Positions 28,417-38,975 of a stretch of 54,249 nucleotides of DNA are shown here, piece after piece. The number at the start of each line of letters is the position of its first letter. Position 1 is the stretch's first letter. Source of the stretch: an uncultured Prevotellaceae bacterium (lineage in GTDB: Bacteria; Bacteroidota; Bacteroidia; Bacteroidales; Bacteroidaceae); assembly GCA_946626925.1 (NCBI GenBank), contig CAMOVB010000001.1, positions 1 through 54,249 of the forward strand, in the 5' to 3' direction. Below the pieces are notes generated by a model that ran no database searches, had not been told where the DNA came from, and was given only the letters and a program-made list of their open reading frames with translations. The position numbers were made by a program, and so were the translations under genes.

Positions 28417-28857
28417 TTATGAATTATGAATTAATTCCAACGCTTTATTCTCGGCAGCTTCCATAATCTCACGTTCACCTGGACCCTTATCATTGATGCC
28501 TACAAGATGGAGGATGCCGTGAATAATCACACGATGAAGTTCCTCATCATACGTTGTCTTCTGTTGTTCTGCATTGGAGCGAACAGTATCAAGACTAATG
28601 AATAAGTCACCAGATATAGTGTCCTTAATACCCATCTCAGCAAGGTCATCACAATAGTCAAAAGTGATAATATCTGTGTAATAATCATGCTGAAGATACT
28701 GACGATTTACCTCAAGAATCTTATCATCATTGCAGAAGATATAGGCAATGTCACCTACATTCTTGCCATAAGAGGCTGCAACAGCCTTAATCCAAGCACT
28801 TGTGTCTCGTTTCTTGATAGATGGCATCTTGACACCATCAACATTGTATGTAATCAT
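28417..28857 (-). CDS. ybeY: rRNA maturation endoribonuclease YbeY
   Basis: HGILHLVG metal-binding motif. MITYNVDGVKMPSIKK... matches the usual Bacteroidota YbeY N-terminus, so the ATG at 28857 is preferred over 28914. Confidence 0.8.
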   Translation of the reverse strand: MITYNVDGVKMPSIKKRDTSAWIKAVAASYGKNVGDIAYIFCNDDKILEVNRQYLQHDYYTDIITFDYCDDLAEMGIKDTISGDLFISLDTVRSNAEQQKTTYDEELHRVIIHGILHLVGINDKGPGEREIMEAAENKALELIHNS

Positions 28858-28935
28858 ATTGCCAAAGTTTAGAGTTGATAGTTTATCGTATAAAGACTTT
28901 ACTGTGTTCATCAAATAAACACTATCACGTCTATA

Positions 28936-30600
28936 TTACTGCTTTGTAGAAAGAACCTCCTTATACTTCTCATCCTTTATAGCTTCCAGACCTCTGAGAT
29001 AGATTTCATTGAGTGGATTGATAATCTGGAAATATTCGTTCATGTTCCAAAGGTCACGGGCAAGAAGAGCCTTAAGCTGAAGCTTGATTGTAGGAATGGT
29101 AAGAGCAAGTGTAGAGTCATTATACACTATCTTAGCCTCTTTAGCCTTCTCAAGAACAATATCTATAAGCTCCTGAGGTACTTCATAGCCATTCTTGAAA
29201 CGTTCAAAATGACTCATGTCGAAATCGACATCCTTGCCCTTGCTTTCCTTCTTCTTAGCCTTACGGTAAGCATCTATCTGATACTCCTTCTCAAAAGTCT
29301 TGCGATGGGAATCAAGATACTTCAGCGTAGCCTGTACCACACAACCCTTAGCTGTAAGTTCACGATGAAGTCGTGTATAACGTGTTGTATCAAGAGGAAC
29401 ATAGACATCCGGCATGATACCACCACCACCATATACAATACGACCAGCCTTAGTATGATACATAAGAGAATCAGGAAAATGTATGCTGTCCGGATTCATA
29501 AGCTCTCCACTATTAAGACGGTCGAGCATATCATTTTCGTATGCCTTATTGTCACCCTTTACATAAGGCTTCTGGAAACAACGTCCTACAGGGCTGTAAT
29601 AATGGGCTACGGTAAGACGGATAAGACTACCGTCTGGAAGGTTGATAGGACGCTGTACAAGGCCCTTTGCAAAGGTTCTACGGCCTACTATCACTCCCCT
29701 ATCATTATCCTGCAAAGCACCAGAAAGAATCTCGGATGCAGAAGCTGTATATCCATCCACAAGTACAACAACCTTGTCGATGTCCATTGTATTGGCTGTA
29801 GCACGGAAGATTCTCCTTCCTTGTGAACGTCCCTCTGTATAGACAATCATCTCATCATTTGAGAGAAACTCATCGGCCATCTGTACGGCTGCCTGAAGGT
29901 AGCCACCGCCATTACCCTGAAGGTCAATAATGATATCCTTCATACCCATCTTCTTCAACCTATTGCAAGCTTTTACAAACTCGTCATGGGTTGTTGCTCC
30001 GAAACTGCTGATACGCACATATCCAGTAGTATTGTCTATCATGTATGAGGCATCAACGGTATAGAGAGGAATCTTGTCACGAGTGACAACAAACGTGAGC
30101 TTATCCTTTATGCCACGACGTATGACCCCCAATTTTACCTTAGTACCCTTTGGTCCCCTGAGACGCTTCATAATATCGTCACGCGACATCTTCACTCCAG
30201 CTATGGCTGTATCATTAACGGAAACAATCTTGTCGCCACAGATTATGCCTACCTTATCACTCGGACCACCACTCACAGGCTGAATCACCACGAGGGTGTC
30301 CTCCGACATGTTGTACTGCACGCCTATTCCGTCAAAACCTCCGTCAAGCGCTTCATTAAGAGCCTGCACCTCCCTGGCTGGAGTATATGTAGAATGAGGG
30401 TCAAGCTCCTTGAGCATGCCCTTTACTCCGTTCTCTATAACACTCTTAGAATCAATTTTATCAACATACAGCATATTGATACTGTGATAGGTCATCATCA
30501 ATTTTCTCAGCTGTACTTCATCAAGGATATCAGACTGTTGCTGGGCATGAACACCACCAGATAATAAAGCAGTCAGTATAGGTATAAGTATTTTTTTCAT
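28936..30600 (-). CDS. S41 family C-terminal processing (tail-specific) peptidase
   Basis: Signal peptide, PDZ-like segment, catalytic Ser context GYTASASEILSGAL and Lys context TFAKGLVQ. Confidence 0.85.
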   Translation of the reverse strand: MKKILIPILTALLSGGVHAQQQSDILDEVQLRKLMMTYHSINMLYVDKIDSKSVIENGVKGMLKELDPHSTYTPAREVQALNEALDGGFDGIGVQYNMSEDTLVVIQPVSGGPSDKVGIICGDKIVSVNDTAIAGVKMSRDDIMKRLRGPKGTKVKLGVIRRGIKDKLTFVVTRDKIPLYTVDASYMIDNTTGYVRISSFGATTHDEFVKACNRLKKMGMKDIIIDLQGNGGGYLQAAVQMADEFLSNDEMIVYTEGRSQGRRIFRATANTMDIDKVVVLVDGYTASASEILSGALQDNDRGVIVGRRTFAKGLVQRPINLPDGSLIRLTVAHYYSPVGRCFQKPYVKGDNKAYENDMLDRLNSGELMNPDSIHFPDSLMYHTKAGRIVYGGGGIMPDVYVPLDTTRYTRLHRELTAKGCVVQATLKYLDSHRKTFEKEYQIDAYRKAKKKESKGKDVDFDMSHFERFKNGYEVPQELIDIVLEKAKEAKIVYNDSTLALTIPTIKLQLKALLARDLWNMNEYFQIINPLNEIYLRGLEAIKDEKYKEVLSTKQ

Positions 30601-30606
30601 TTCTAT

Positions 30607-31047
30607 TTATTCCGGTAAAAATTGTGAAACGTCCTTACCGTAGCTCATAAGCTCGCGAACGACACTTGAGCTTACACAGGACAATTCAGGTTCAGTAAAG
30701 AGAAGAATGGTCTCTATGCCGCTAAGACGCTTATTGACATCAGCTATGTTACGCTCAAACTCGAAATCGGAAACTGAGCGTACTCCCCTCACAAGAAAGT
30801 CTGCACCTACAGATTTGGCACAATCTACCGTGAGTCCAGTATAGCTCACTACTCTTACTCTCGGATTATCGGCATACAATTTCTCAATGTAACGAATCCT
30901 TTCCTCCACGTGAAACATATTCTTCTTGACATAATTGATACCAATAGCAACAATAATCTCATCAGCCACGTTCTTGAGAACGCGGTCAACAATGGACTGA
31001 TGTCCACGAGTGAATGGATCAAAGGACCCGGCAAATAGTGCTATCAT
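30607..31047 (-). CDS. coaD: Phosphopantetheine adenylyltransferase
   Basis: [12 protein letters not shown] nucleotidyltransferase motif; 146 aa; 4-nt overlap with the upstream gene. Confidence 0.9.
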   Translation of the reverse strand: MIALFAGSFDPFTRGHQSIVDRVLKNVADEIIVAIGINYVKKNMFHVEERIRYIEKLYADNPRVRVVSYTGLTVDCAKSVGADFLVRGVRSVSDFEFERNIADVNKRLSGIETILLFTEPELSCVSSSVVRELMSYGKDVSQFLPE

Positions 31048-33008
31048 TCTTCTTCTGCTAATTCTGTATCTTCCTCTGGCACGTCTTCCTCAATCACAAG
31101 ATTGTTGATGATAAAGTTCTGACGTTCCATAGTATTCTTTCCCATATAGTATTCGAGGAGTTCTTTCACCTGGTCAGTCTTGCGGAGAGTAACCTCTTCA
31201 AGGCGCATGTCAGGACCAATGAAGTTCTTGAACTCGTCTGGCGAAATCTCACCAAGACCTTTGAATCGTGTGATTTCAGGGTCTGGAGATAACATCTTTA
31301 TGGCGTTCTTACGCTCCTCGTCTGTATAACAATACACGGTAACGAAGTCACCAGTATCTTTCTTTCCCTTAGTGAGTTCTTCAAGATACTCTTTCTTCAC
31401 ACGCTTACGTCTCTGACGCACTCGGAAGAGAGGTGTCTGGAGAATGTGTACGTGTCCCTTACGGATAAGCTCTGGGAAGAACTGCAAGAAGAATGTAATC
31501 ATCAACAGACGAATGTGCATGCCATCCACATCGGCATCTGTTGCCACGATGACCTTATTGTATCGGAGTCCTTCGATGCCGTCTTCTATGTTAAGGGCAG
31601 CCTGAAGGAGGTTGAACTCCTCGTTTTCATACACCACCTTCTTTGTCAGTCCAAAGCAGTTGAGAGGCTTACCCTTGAGTGAGAATACAGCCTGAGTGTT
31701 CACATCACGACTCTTTGTAATACTTCCACTGGCAGAGTCACCCTCTGTGATGAAAATACAACTGTCTTCCTTCAGGTCACCCTTAGCATCGTTGAGATGC
31801 ACACGACAGTCGCGAAGCTTACGGTTATGGAGATTAGCCTTCTTTGCCCTCTCCCTTGCAAGCTTTGTTACACCAGCTATAGCCTTACGATCACGTTCGT
31901 TGTCCTGGATCTTCTGCTGGATAATCTCAGCTACGTCAAGGTTCTTGTGAAGATAGTTATCCACCTCCTCCTTGATGAAGTCGCCCACGAACTTGTTGAC
32001 GCTTATTCCGCCACCTGGTTCCATAGTGAGGGAACCGAGCTTAATCTTTGTCTGTGACTCAAACTGTGGCTCTTGCACATTGATGGCAATGGCAGCTACG
32101 ATACCGCTACGCACATCACTCAAATCATAGTTTTTATTAAAGAAATCCTTGATTGTACGTGCAATATGCTCCTTGAACGCACTCTGGTGAGTACCACCCT
32201 GTATGGTGTGCTGACCATTGACAAATGAGTGATACTCCTCACCATATTGCTGATTGGTATGTGTAAAGGCAATCTCTATATCCTCACCTTTGAGATGGAT
32301 GATGTCATAGAGAGGTTGAGTATCCATAGTGTCAACGAGCAAATCCTTCAGACCATTGCGTGAAGTGATGCGTCGCTGGTTATAGTAAATCTCAAGACCT
32401 GTATTGAGGTAAGTGTAATTGCGGAGCATAGTCTCCACAAATTCACCTTGGAACTTATAGTTGAGGAAGAGAGTATTGTCAGGAATGAAATGAATGTAAG
32501 TACCTGTTTCTTCATCCGATTTCTCAATCTTATCCGAAATAAGTTCACCCTTCTCAAAGATGGCAGTACGTACCATTCCGTCACGGTAGCTTCTTACCTC
32601 AAAGAGCGAAGACAATGCGTTGACAGCCTTGGTACCCACACCGTTAAGACCTATTGACTTTTGGAAAGCCTTGGAGTCATACTTACCTCCAGTATTGAGG
32701 ATAGATACAGCCTCAACCATCTTACCTTGCGGAATTCCACGACCATAGTCCCTGACAGTCACCTCAAGGTCGTCCGTAATATCAACCTCGATGCGCTTGC
32801 CTGCCTTCATCTTGAATTCGTCGATGGAGTTATCAATAATTTCCTTTAGAAGTACATAGATTCCATCCTCAGCATGGGAACCGTCACCAAGGCGTCCGAT
32901 ATACATACCAGGACGAAGACGAATGTGCTGAACACCCGTGAGGGTGATAATGTTGTCATCTTTGTACTCAGGTTGTTTAGGTTCTTGAATATTTATTTCT
33001 TCACTCAT
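31044..33008 (-). CDS. parE: Type IIA topoisomerase B subunit, most likely topoisomerase IV subunit B
   Basis: GHKL ATPase N-terminus ([19 protein letters not shown]), Toprim EGDSA and DADVDGMHI. The [17 protein letters not shown]...DGIYVLL N-terminus resembles Bacteroidota ParE rather than GyrB (from memory). Confidence 0.65.
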   Translation of the reverse strand: MSEEINIQEPKQPEYKDDNIITLTGVQHIRLRPGMYIGRLGDGSHAEDGIYVLLKEIIDNSIDEFKMKAGKRIEVDITDDLEVTVRDYGRGIPQGKMVEAVSILNTGGKYDSKAFQKSIGLNGVGTKAVNALSSLFEVRSYRDGMVRTAIFEKGELISDKIEKSDEETGTYIHFIPDNTLFLNYKFQGEFVETMLRNYTYLNTGLEIYYNQRRITSRNGLKDLLVDTMDTQPLYDIIHLKGEDIEIAFTHTNQQYGEEYHSFVNGQHTIQGGTHQSAFKEHIARTIKDFFNKNYDLSDVRSGIVAAIAINVQEPQFESQTKIKLGSLTMEPGGGISVNKFVGDFIKEEVDNYLHKNLDVAEIIQQKIQDNERDRKAIAGVTKLARERAKKANLHNRKLRDCRVHLNDAKGDLKEDSCIFITEGDSASGSITKSRDVNTQAVFSLKGKPLNCFGLTKKVVYENEEFNLLQAALNIEDGIEGLRYNKVIVATDADVDGMHIRLLMITFFLQFFPELIRKGHVHILQTPLFRVRQRRKRVKKEYLEELTKGKKDTGDFVTVYCYTDEERKNAIKMLSPDPEITRFKGLGEISPDEFKNFIGPDMRLEEVTLRKTDQVKELLEYYMGKNTMERQNFIINNLVIEEDVPEEDTELAEEE

Positions 33009-33061
33009 ATTTTGTTAAAATATACATGCTAATATTAGGCACACATAGTACCTATATACAT

Positions 33062-33079
33062 TAAATTTGCGCAAATATA
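33062..33079. promoter_or_regulatory. Back-to-back candidate -7 boxes (TAAATTTG on plus, TATATTTG on minus) in a near-palindrome between divergent parE and the OmpA-like gene
   Basis: ttAAATTTGCGCAAATATac. Both strands read TAnnTTTG. The sites lie 64 bp upstream of parE and 100 bp upstream of the OmpA-like gene. Confidence 0.4.
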
Positions 33080-33168
33080 CAAAATTTTCGGTTTTTGTTT
33101 TGCTCAATTATTTAATATTAACTAATTTTGAGGCCAAAATATTAACGAACCTTTATTTTTTTACAATT

Positions 33169-34401
33169 ATGCTTAATCTTAAAACGACAATCGCAGCATC
33201 AATTGTTGCATTGTGTGGTACGAATGCCATGGCACAGACAGCAGCTGAGGTACAGGAACAGGAACTCGGCTACAAACCACAGCCATACACATTCATTCAG
33301 GTACAAGGTGGTGTAGGAACAGTCTTCACAGACGTAAAGGCTACAGAAACCATATTACCAACATTCGGACTCAGCGTAGGTCGTATGTTCACACCTTCAG
33401 TAGGTGCTCGTCTCCACTTCAACGGTTACCGCAGCCGTGGAGCATTCGACCACAAAGATGTCATCTACAAGTACGGACACAACTACATCACTACAGATGC
33501 AGACCTCATGATTAACGTCATGAACATCTTCCAGGACAAGAACTTCTCAAGGTTCAATCTCTATCTCGTAGGTGGTGTAGGTCTCTCATACACTTGGAAC
33601 AACAGCGAGTTCGAATCACTCAGCGGAGTTGCAAAGGCAGCACGATACGACGTTTCAAACGCATGGGGCGACAACCAGAGCCCACGTCACAGTCTCATCA
33701 GCCACAACCTCCGTGCAGGACTTCTTGCAGACTACAACGTAAGCAAGCACTTCAGCATAGGACTTGAGGTTGATATGAACTCACTAGACGACCGTTTCAA
33801 CTCAAAGTATAACAACTCTGACGACTGGATGATGACAGCAATGCTTACTGCCACATACAAGTTCGGTTTCAAGAAGGCATCAAAGCCAGCTCCAAAGCCA
33901 GTACCTGTTGTAGAACCTATTCCTGAGCCAGAGCCAGAACCAGAGTACGCTACACGTATCGATACTATCTGGTACGACAGTATCTACTATGAGGAGAGCA
34001 CAAGAGACCGTCAGATCAAGAAGGAAATCTTCTTCGGACTCCGCGAAAGTGGTGTTGAGACAAGCAACGCACAGATTAACGCAGTCGCAGCATTCCTCAA
34101 GAACGTAAAGAATGCAGAAATCACTATCACATCATATGCTGATAAGGGCACAGGTACTCCAGAAAAGAACATGGGTTACAGTAAGACACGTGCCGAGAAG
34201 ACCAAGAAGGCACTTATCGCAGCAGGTGTAGATCCTAAGATTATCAAGAAGGTAGAATGGAAGGGAGATACCGAACAACCATACGCCGAGAACGACAAGA
34301 ACCGCCTCTCAGTCATCACAGGTCACGGTGTCTATACAGACAAGGACGAGAAGGTAGTCAAGAAGTTCAAGACTAAGGAAGTAACTTACAGAGTTAAGTA
34401 A
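33169..34401 (+). CDS. OmpA family outer-membrane protein (beta-barrel, Pro-rich linker, OmpA-like C-terminal domain)
   Basis: Signal peptide MLNLKTTIAASIVALCGTNAMAQ, linker KPAPKPVPVVEPIPEPEPEPE, C-terminal ...ITSYADKGTGTPEKNMGYSKTRAEKTKKALIAAGV. ATG at 33169 is preferred over the TTG at 33067. Confidence 0.8.
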   Translation: MLNLKTTIAASIVALCGTNAMAQTAAEVQEQELGYKPQPYTFIQVQGGVGTVFTDVKATETILPTFGLSVGRMFTPSVGARLHFNGYRSRGAFDHKDVIYKYGHNYITTDADLMINVMNIFQDKNFSRFNLYLVGGVGLSYTWNNSEFESLSGVAKAARYDVSNAWGDNQSPRHSLISHNLRAGLLADYNVSKHFSIGLEVDMNSLDDRFNSKYNNSDDWMMTAMLTATYKFGFKKASKPAPKPVPVVEPIPEPEPEPEYATRIDTIWYDSIYYEESTRDRQIKKEIFFGLRESGVETSNAQINAVAAFLKNVKNAEITITSYADKGTGTPEKNMGYSKTRAEKTKKALIAAGVDPKIIKKVEWKGDTEQPYAENDKNRLSVITGHGVYTDKDEKVVKKFKTKEVTYRVK

Positions 34402-34437
34402 ATCCATAATTCACAATTAAGAATAGATAAAGCAAAA

Positions 34438-34473
34438 AGGAGGAAAGAGTTTGTTCCCTTTCCTCCTTTTTTG
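34438..34473 (+). terminator. Rho-independent terminator of the OmpA-like gene
   Basis: aggaggaaag-N10-ctttcctcct followed by a T-run. Confidence 0.75.
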
Positions 34474-34538
34474 TGTTTAAGCCATGACAAAACTTTTTAC
34501 CTACCGAGAGAGAAAAAAAACGAAACAAGTATGGTCAA

Positions 34539-34582
34539 AGTAGAGACTAAGTACTGACTAAGTAGAGACTAAGTAGTAACTA
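34539..34582. repeat. Four tandem 11-bp units AGTAnnnACTA
   Basis: agtagagacta agtactgacta agtagagacta agtagtaacta, read directly from the sequence. Lies in the 700-bp gap upstream of the 1189-aa gene. Confidence 0.7.
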
Positions 34583-35106
34583 TGAACTTTAGGACAAAAC
34601 ACGCAGAACTTTCGACACTTTTTTAAAAAGACAACCCCAGCTATCCATGCAGGAAAAAACAAGATTGCTCCAGATTACCCAGAACATCTTACTCACACCA
34701 TAAACGGCAAGCAAACGCCAAAAAAGGCTGAAAAAGAACAGAGACAGAACATATCTTCAACAAATACAACCGAAAATTCCGAAAAAAGTTCTAATTTTCT
34801 TTAATTTAATTGTCATAAACAAACAAAAGTCAAAAATTATTTTGTTAAATCAATTTTTTTCTTGTAATTTGCACACTAATCAACAAATACTATACTAACT
34901 TAGTTACACTAATTGATTTAAAAGCAAATACAAGGGAATAATCATCTTAATAATTTATTTGCCATCTTGACATATAGCGATACACATAACGTGTTGAATA
35001 TATGCTCAACCATAATAATGGACTATCTTGGTATTATTACAAATACATGATAATGTGAACCAAATAAATAAAAACTATTAACTAATCAAGTTTAATTACC
35101 ACAATT

Positions 35107-38100
35107 ATGAAGAAAACATTACTTCTGATTGGTTCTGTGGTAGTGAGCCTTAGCGCCTCTGCTCAGAACTTCACAGGTAAGTGGGAAAGACCTGCAGCTC
35201 CAGAGTTTTCCGACTTCGAACCTGAGACAAAGTATTACATGTGGAATGTGGGAGCACAAGGTTTCTACATCAACCATCAGAACGGAACAAGTGCTCCTTA
35301 CTATGGTACAGCCGCATCAGTAAATGACACAATCGGTGCATTGGTTTATTTCAGCAAGACAAACCCTGATGCAAATATTGTAGAGTCATGGGAACCAGGC
35401 ACTGATAACGCTTACCTTCTCGTGAGCTACGTTTCAAAGTTCAAGGAAGATAGATGTACATTTGCTGATGGAAATGTATGGACAGACAACAACACTAACG
35501 GCTACCGTTACTTCGACGTTGCTGTAGATGGCAAGACATTTACCATCACTCCTAATCCAGCAATGATTCAGTTCTCAGTTGCTGATGCTATTCCTGAGAC
35601 ATACGAATACAACCCATTAGGTGTTGAATCTTCAAATACTGAAAAGATTGTGTATATCTCTAAAACAGAAGGCGAATGGTACACTAAGTGGGCATTTGTA
35701 TCTGAGGAGGCATACAATAACTATATTGACAATGCTAAGCAGCAGATTAAGCTTTGTGCAGCTGCTGAAGCACTCCGCAAGACAATCGAAAAAGCTGTTA
35801 AAGAAAACCCAGGCATCGACCTCGATGCACAGGTTGCTGTTTATAACAATCCAAACAGCACTTTCGAGGAGCTTAATGCTGCTAAGGATGTTGTAAAGGA
35901 TGTAATCGTTGCATTCACAGCTTCAAAGGCAACAATTGACAATCCTATCAACTACACAAGCCTCATCCAGAACTCAACATTCGATGTTATCGGTAACTTC
36001 GACGGTTGGTCAGCAGGATTCGGTGCAGGTGGTACTACAGGACCAAGCGCTGAGTGCTATGGCAAGTCATTCGACGTACATCAGACAATAAAGGGTCTTC
36101 CTACTGGTGTATATATTGCAAAGGTTAATGGTTACTTCCGTAAGGAGAACGCACAGAAGGACTATGATGACTTTATTGCAGGCATACAGTCAGATTGCGA
36201 ATTCTACGCTACATCTGGTGACTTCAAGTCAAAAGTTAACGTAAAGCACGTTGCAGAAGGTGCAGTAACTGAAGGATTCGGCGTAACCAGCGAGTCAACA
36301 TTCGTAGACCAAAACGGTTCTACTATGACTATTCCTAACACAATGCTTGCTGCTGACAGCTACTTCCACAACGAGGACGGTGAAATCAACCCACGCTATG
36401 AGAACGTAGTATATGTTCCAGTATCAAACGGCGAACTTACAATTGGTGTTGCTAATTCAGTAGGTGGTGGTTCTGACTGGTCTATCTTCGATGACTTCCA
36501 GCTCTACTACATCGGTGATGGCGACGACTGCTACGAGCTCCTCAAGGAGAATCTCGAAAAGGCTCTCGAATACAGCCTCCCAGAGAATGCAGCATACAGC
36601 ACACGTGACTATGCAGACTATACTAACGCTAAGGATGCATTCAAGTCAGCAACTGGTAAGACTGCCCTCACAGAATACACTAACGCAGCAGCAGCTCTCG
36701 AGACAGTTAAGGCAGGCGTTGAAAACTACAAGTTGTATCAGGTTGCTATTACTGATGCTAACAAATGGTACACAGATGCTTCAGAACGTAATGTGAACGA
36801 AGAAATTCCAGCAGTAGCAAAACTTATTGCTTACCTCACATATGAGGAGGATGAAGAGTTTGGTTTCCCTAACGGAACATACTTACAGATTCTTAATCAG
36901 GATAATGAAGGTTCACTCACAAATGAGCAGATTATTGAAGAAACAGCCTTTGTAAACGCTCTCGTTAAGCAGGCTATGAACGATGGTATCGTTGAAGGTG
37001 CAGACCTCACAGCGATGATCACAAACCCAGGTTTCGAAGAGGCTGGTGGTAAGGGTTGGAAAAACTCTTACGGAAATTTGACAAACTGGCACGGAGGTAA
37101 TGCAAACAACTACTGTGCTGAGGCATGGAACAGCAACTTCGACGTTTATCAGGAAGTAGAAGGTCTTCCAAACGGACTCTACGAGGTATCAGTTCAGGCA
37201 TTCTATCGCACAGCTTCAAATGCTGATGCTTACACAGCATACCAGAACGACCCAGAGATGACAGGTGACGCTAAGGTTCTCTCTTATGTATATCTGAACG
37301 AGTTTGCAACTCCTGTTCGTAATGTAATGGAAATCCAGTTCGACGAGAACCTCTCAAACAACTGCTACCAGACTCCTGCTGGCACATACACACTCAACGG
37401 TATGGCTTCTGCTTCAGAGGCATTCAGCTTGGAAGATGAGAGCAAGAACTTCACTATGAAGGTTTACGGAATCATCAAGGACGGTAAGATGCGTCTCGGT
37501 ATCCGCGGTGAGGGTACAACATTCGACCGTTGGACACTTTGGGACAACTTCAAGCTCCGCTATATGGGTAAAAACAAGGTTGCCGTTGCAAGCGTATTGA
37601 GTACTAAGGCTAATGCATTGTTAGCTATGCAGAATGAGGTTGACGAAAACAAGAACCCAATTATGAACGAGTACACAAAGAAATTCATCGATGATCAGTA
37701 TGCATCTGCAATGCAATTGTTAACTGGAATTGTTGAATTCAACGATGAGACTCTCGCAATGCTTAATGAGGATGACCTTTGGAATGCACTTACTAACATC
37801 GCTGCAGCACAGGAAGAAGTTGATGCTGATGTTAAGGCATACAAAGAATACACTACAGCATTTAGTGCACTTGATGGTGTTGATTCAGAACTGTTCACAC
37901 CAGAAATGCAGAAAGAGTTCTATGATCTTCAGGACCTCGCTGCTAATTTCCAGAACATGACAAGACAGCAGCTTGAGGAGCTTTCCGCAAGAATCAACAA
38001 GTCTATGAACTGGTTTACTTATCCAGAAAGATTGAATAATGCTGTTGAAGCAGAACTCCCAGAGGGTTATGACACAGCAACAGGTGATGTTGACTTCACA

Positions 38101-38676
38101 AGCATCATCATTAACCCAGACTTCGAGGAAGGTCTCGACGGATGGACTAACCAGAACATGCAGTCACAGACAAACACAGCATTCGGTAAGAATGGTAACA
38201 CTTACTGCGAGAAGTGGCACGCTGACCTCAGCCTCAGCATTTCTCAGTCATTCAAGAACCTTCCAAACGGTTACTACACATTGACTGCTAACTGCTACAA
38301 CTCTACAGCTGACGGTTGCCTCTTCATCTCTGCTGAAGATGAGAACTGCAACGTAACAGAGACTACTACATTTATTGAAGATACTACTACACCAGAAACA
38401 GTAAATACTAACTCTGTAACATTTGAATACAAGGGTGGTATCCTCACATTCGGTGCAAGGGCTACACTCACAAGCTCAACTTGGTTCTGCGTAGATAACT
38501 TCATCCTCACTTACTCTAAGGAGGTTCCAGTAGCAGTTGAAACTGTTGAGGCAGCTACTGCTTCTGCTACAGAAGGCATCTTCACAATCTCTGGTGCACG
38601 TGTTGACAAGCTCGCTAAGGGCATCAACATCGTCAAGATGACTGACGGAAGTGTAAGAAAGGTATTCGTAAAGTAA
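35107..38676 (+). CDS. Large (1189 aa) T9SS-secreted multi-module surface protein, paralog of 11893-16914 and 38976-42314
   Basis: Signal peptide. Three modules bounded by NSTFD/NPGFE/NPDFE...GW and ...DDFQLYYIG / DNFKLRYMG / DNFILTYSK, with the core GLPTGVYIAKVNGYFR / GLPNGLYEVSVQAFYR / NLPNGYYTLTANCY. Helical spacers between modules. C-terminus GIFTISGARVDKLAKGINIVKMTDGSVRKVFVK is a T9SS sorting domain. Confidence 0.75.
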   Translation: MKKTLLLIGSVVVSLSASAQNFTGKWERPAAPEFSDFEPETKYYMWNVGAQGFYINHQNGTSAPYYGTAASVNDTIGALVYFSKTNPDANIVESWEPGTDNAYLLVSYVSKFKEDRCTFADGNVWTDNNTNGYRYFDVAVDGKTFTITPNPAMIQFSVADAIPETYEYNPLGVESSNTEKIVYISKTEGEWYTKWAFVSEEAYNNYIDNAKQQIKLCAAAEALRKTIEKAVKENPGIDLDAQVAVYNNPNSTFEELNAAKDVVKDVIVAFTASKATIDNPINYTSLIQNSTFDVIGNFDGWSAGFGAGGTTGPSAECYGKSFDVHQTIKGLPTGVYIAKVNGYFRKENAQKDYDDFIAGIQSDCEFYATSGDFKSKVNVKHVAEGAVTEGFGVTSESTFVDQNGSTMTIPNTMLAADSYFHNEDGEINPRYENVVYVPVSNGELTIGVANSVGGGSDWSIFDDFQLYYIGDGDDCYELLKENLEKALEYSLPENAAYSTRDYADYTNAKDAFKSATGKTALTEYTNAAAALETVKAGVENYKLYQVAITDANKWYTDASERNVNEEIPAVAKLIAYLTYEEDEEFGFPNGTYLQILNQDNEGSLTNEQIIEETAFVNALVKQAMNDGIVEGADLTAMITNPGFEEAGGKGWKNSYGNLTNWHGGNANNYCAEAWNSNFDVYQEVEGLPNGLYEVSVQAFYRTASNADAYTAYQNDPEMTGDAKVLSYVYLNEFATPVRNVMEIQFDENLSNNCYQTPAGTYTLNGMASASEAFSLEDESKNFTMKVYGIIKDGKMRLGIRGEGTTFDRWTLWDNFKLRYMGKNKVAVASVLSTKANALLAMQNEVDENKNPIMNEYTKKFIDDQYASAMQLLTGIVEFNDETLAMLNEDDLWNALTNIAAAQEEVDADVKAYKEYTTAFSALDGVDSELFTPEMQKEFYDLQDLAANFQNMTRQQLEELSARINKSMNWFTYPERLNNAVEAELPEGYDTATGDVDFTSIIINPDFEEGLDGWTNQNMQSQTNTAFGKNGNTYCEKWHADLSLSISQSFKNLPNGYYTLTANCYNSTADGCLFISAEDENCNVTETTTFIEDTTTPETVNTNSVTFEYKGGILTFGARATLTSSTWFCVDNFILTYSKEVPVAVETVEAATASATEGIFTISGARVDKLAKGINIVKMTDGSVRKVFVK

Positions 38677-38709
38677 TTGCACAAAGCAATAACTAACATT
38701 TAGATAATT

Positions 38710-38747
38710 GTGGCGAACATCAAATAGTGGTGTTCGCCACTTTTTTT
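38710..38747 (+). terminator. Rho-independent terminator of the 1189-aa gene
   Basis: gtggcgaaca ... tgttcgccac (10-bp stem) followed by ttttttt. Confidence 0.75.
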
Positions 38748-38842
38748 GTTATCAATCCAAGTTTTTCATTAATAATGCTTATCTTTGCCAAGTTAAAGCC
38801 AACAGAGGCATCAAGACAAATAAAAAGAACATTTTTTGAAAA

Positions 38843-38924
38843 CACAGAGAACGCAGAGAACACGGAGGATTCTCCTGCAAAAGCTATAATAATTAAACAC
38901 TCTGGTTACTCTGTACTCTCCGTG
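38843..38924. repeat. Imperfect inverted repeat built from CACAGAGAAC-type words
   Basis: cacagagaacgcagagaacacggag ... cactctggttactctgtactctccgtg. The same word (cacagaggtcacagagaactcagag) occurs inside the 6267-6367 element. Confidence 0.55.
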
Positions 38925-38975
38925 CTTTAAGAGAGACAAAACATTCTAATTTTCTTACATGTATATTGATAATTT

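Noticed and set aside
31044-33008. Annotating the type IIA topoisomerase B subunit as gyrB
   Set aside because: The N-terminal signature ([34 protein letters not shown]) fits my recollection of Bacteroidota ParE better than GyrB. This cannot be settled without a search, hence the moderate confidence on parE.
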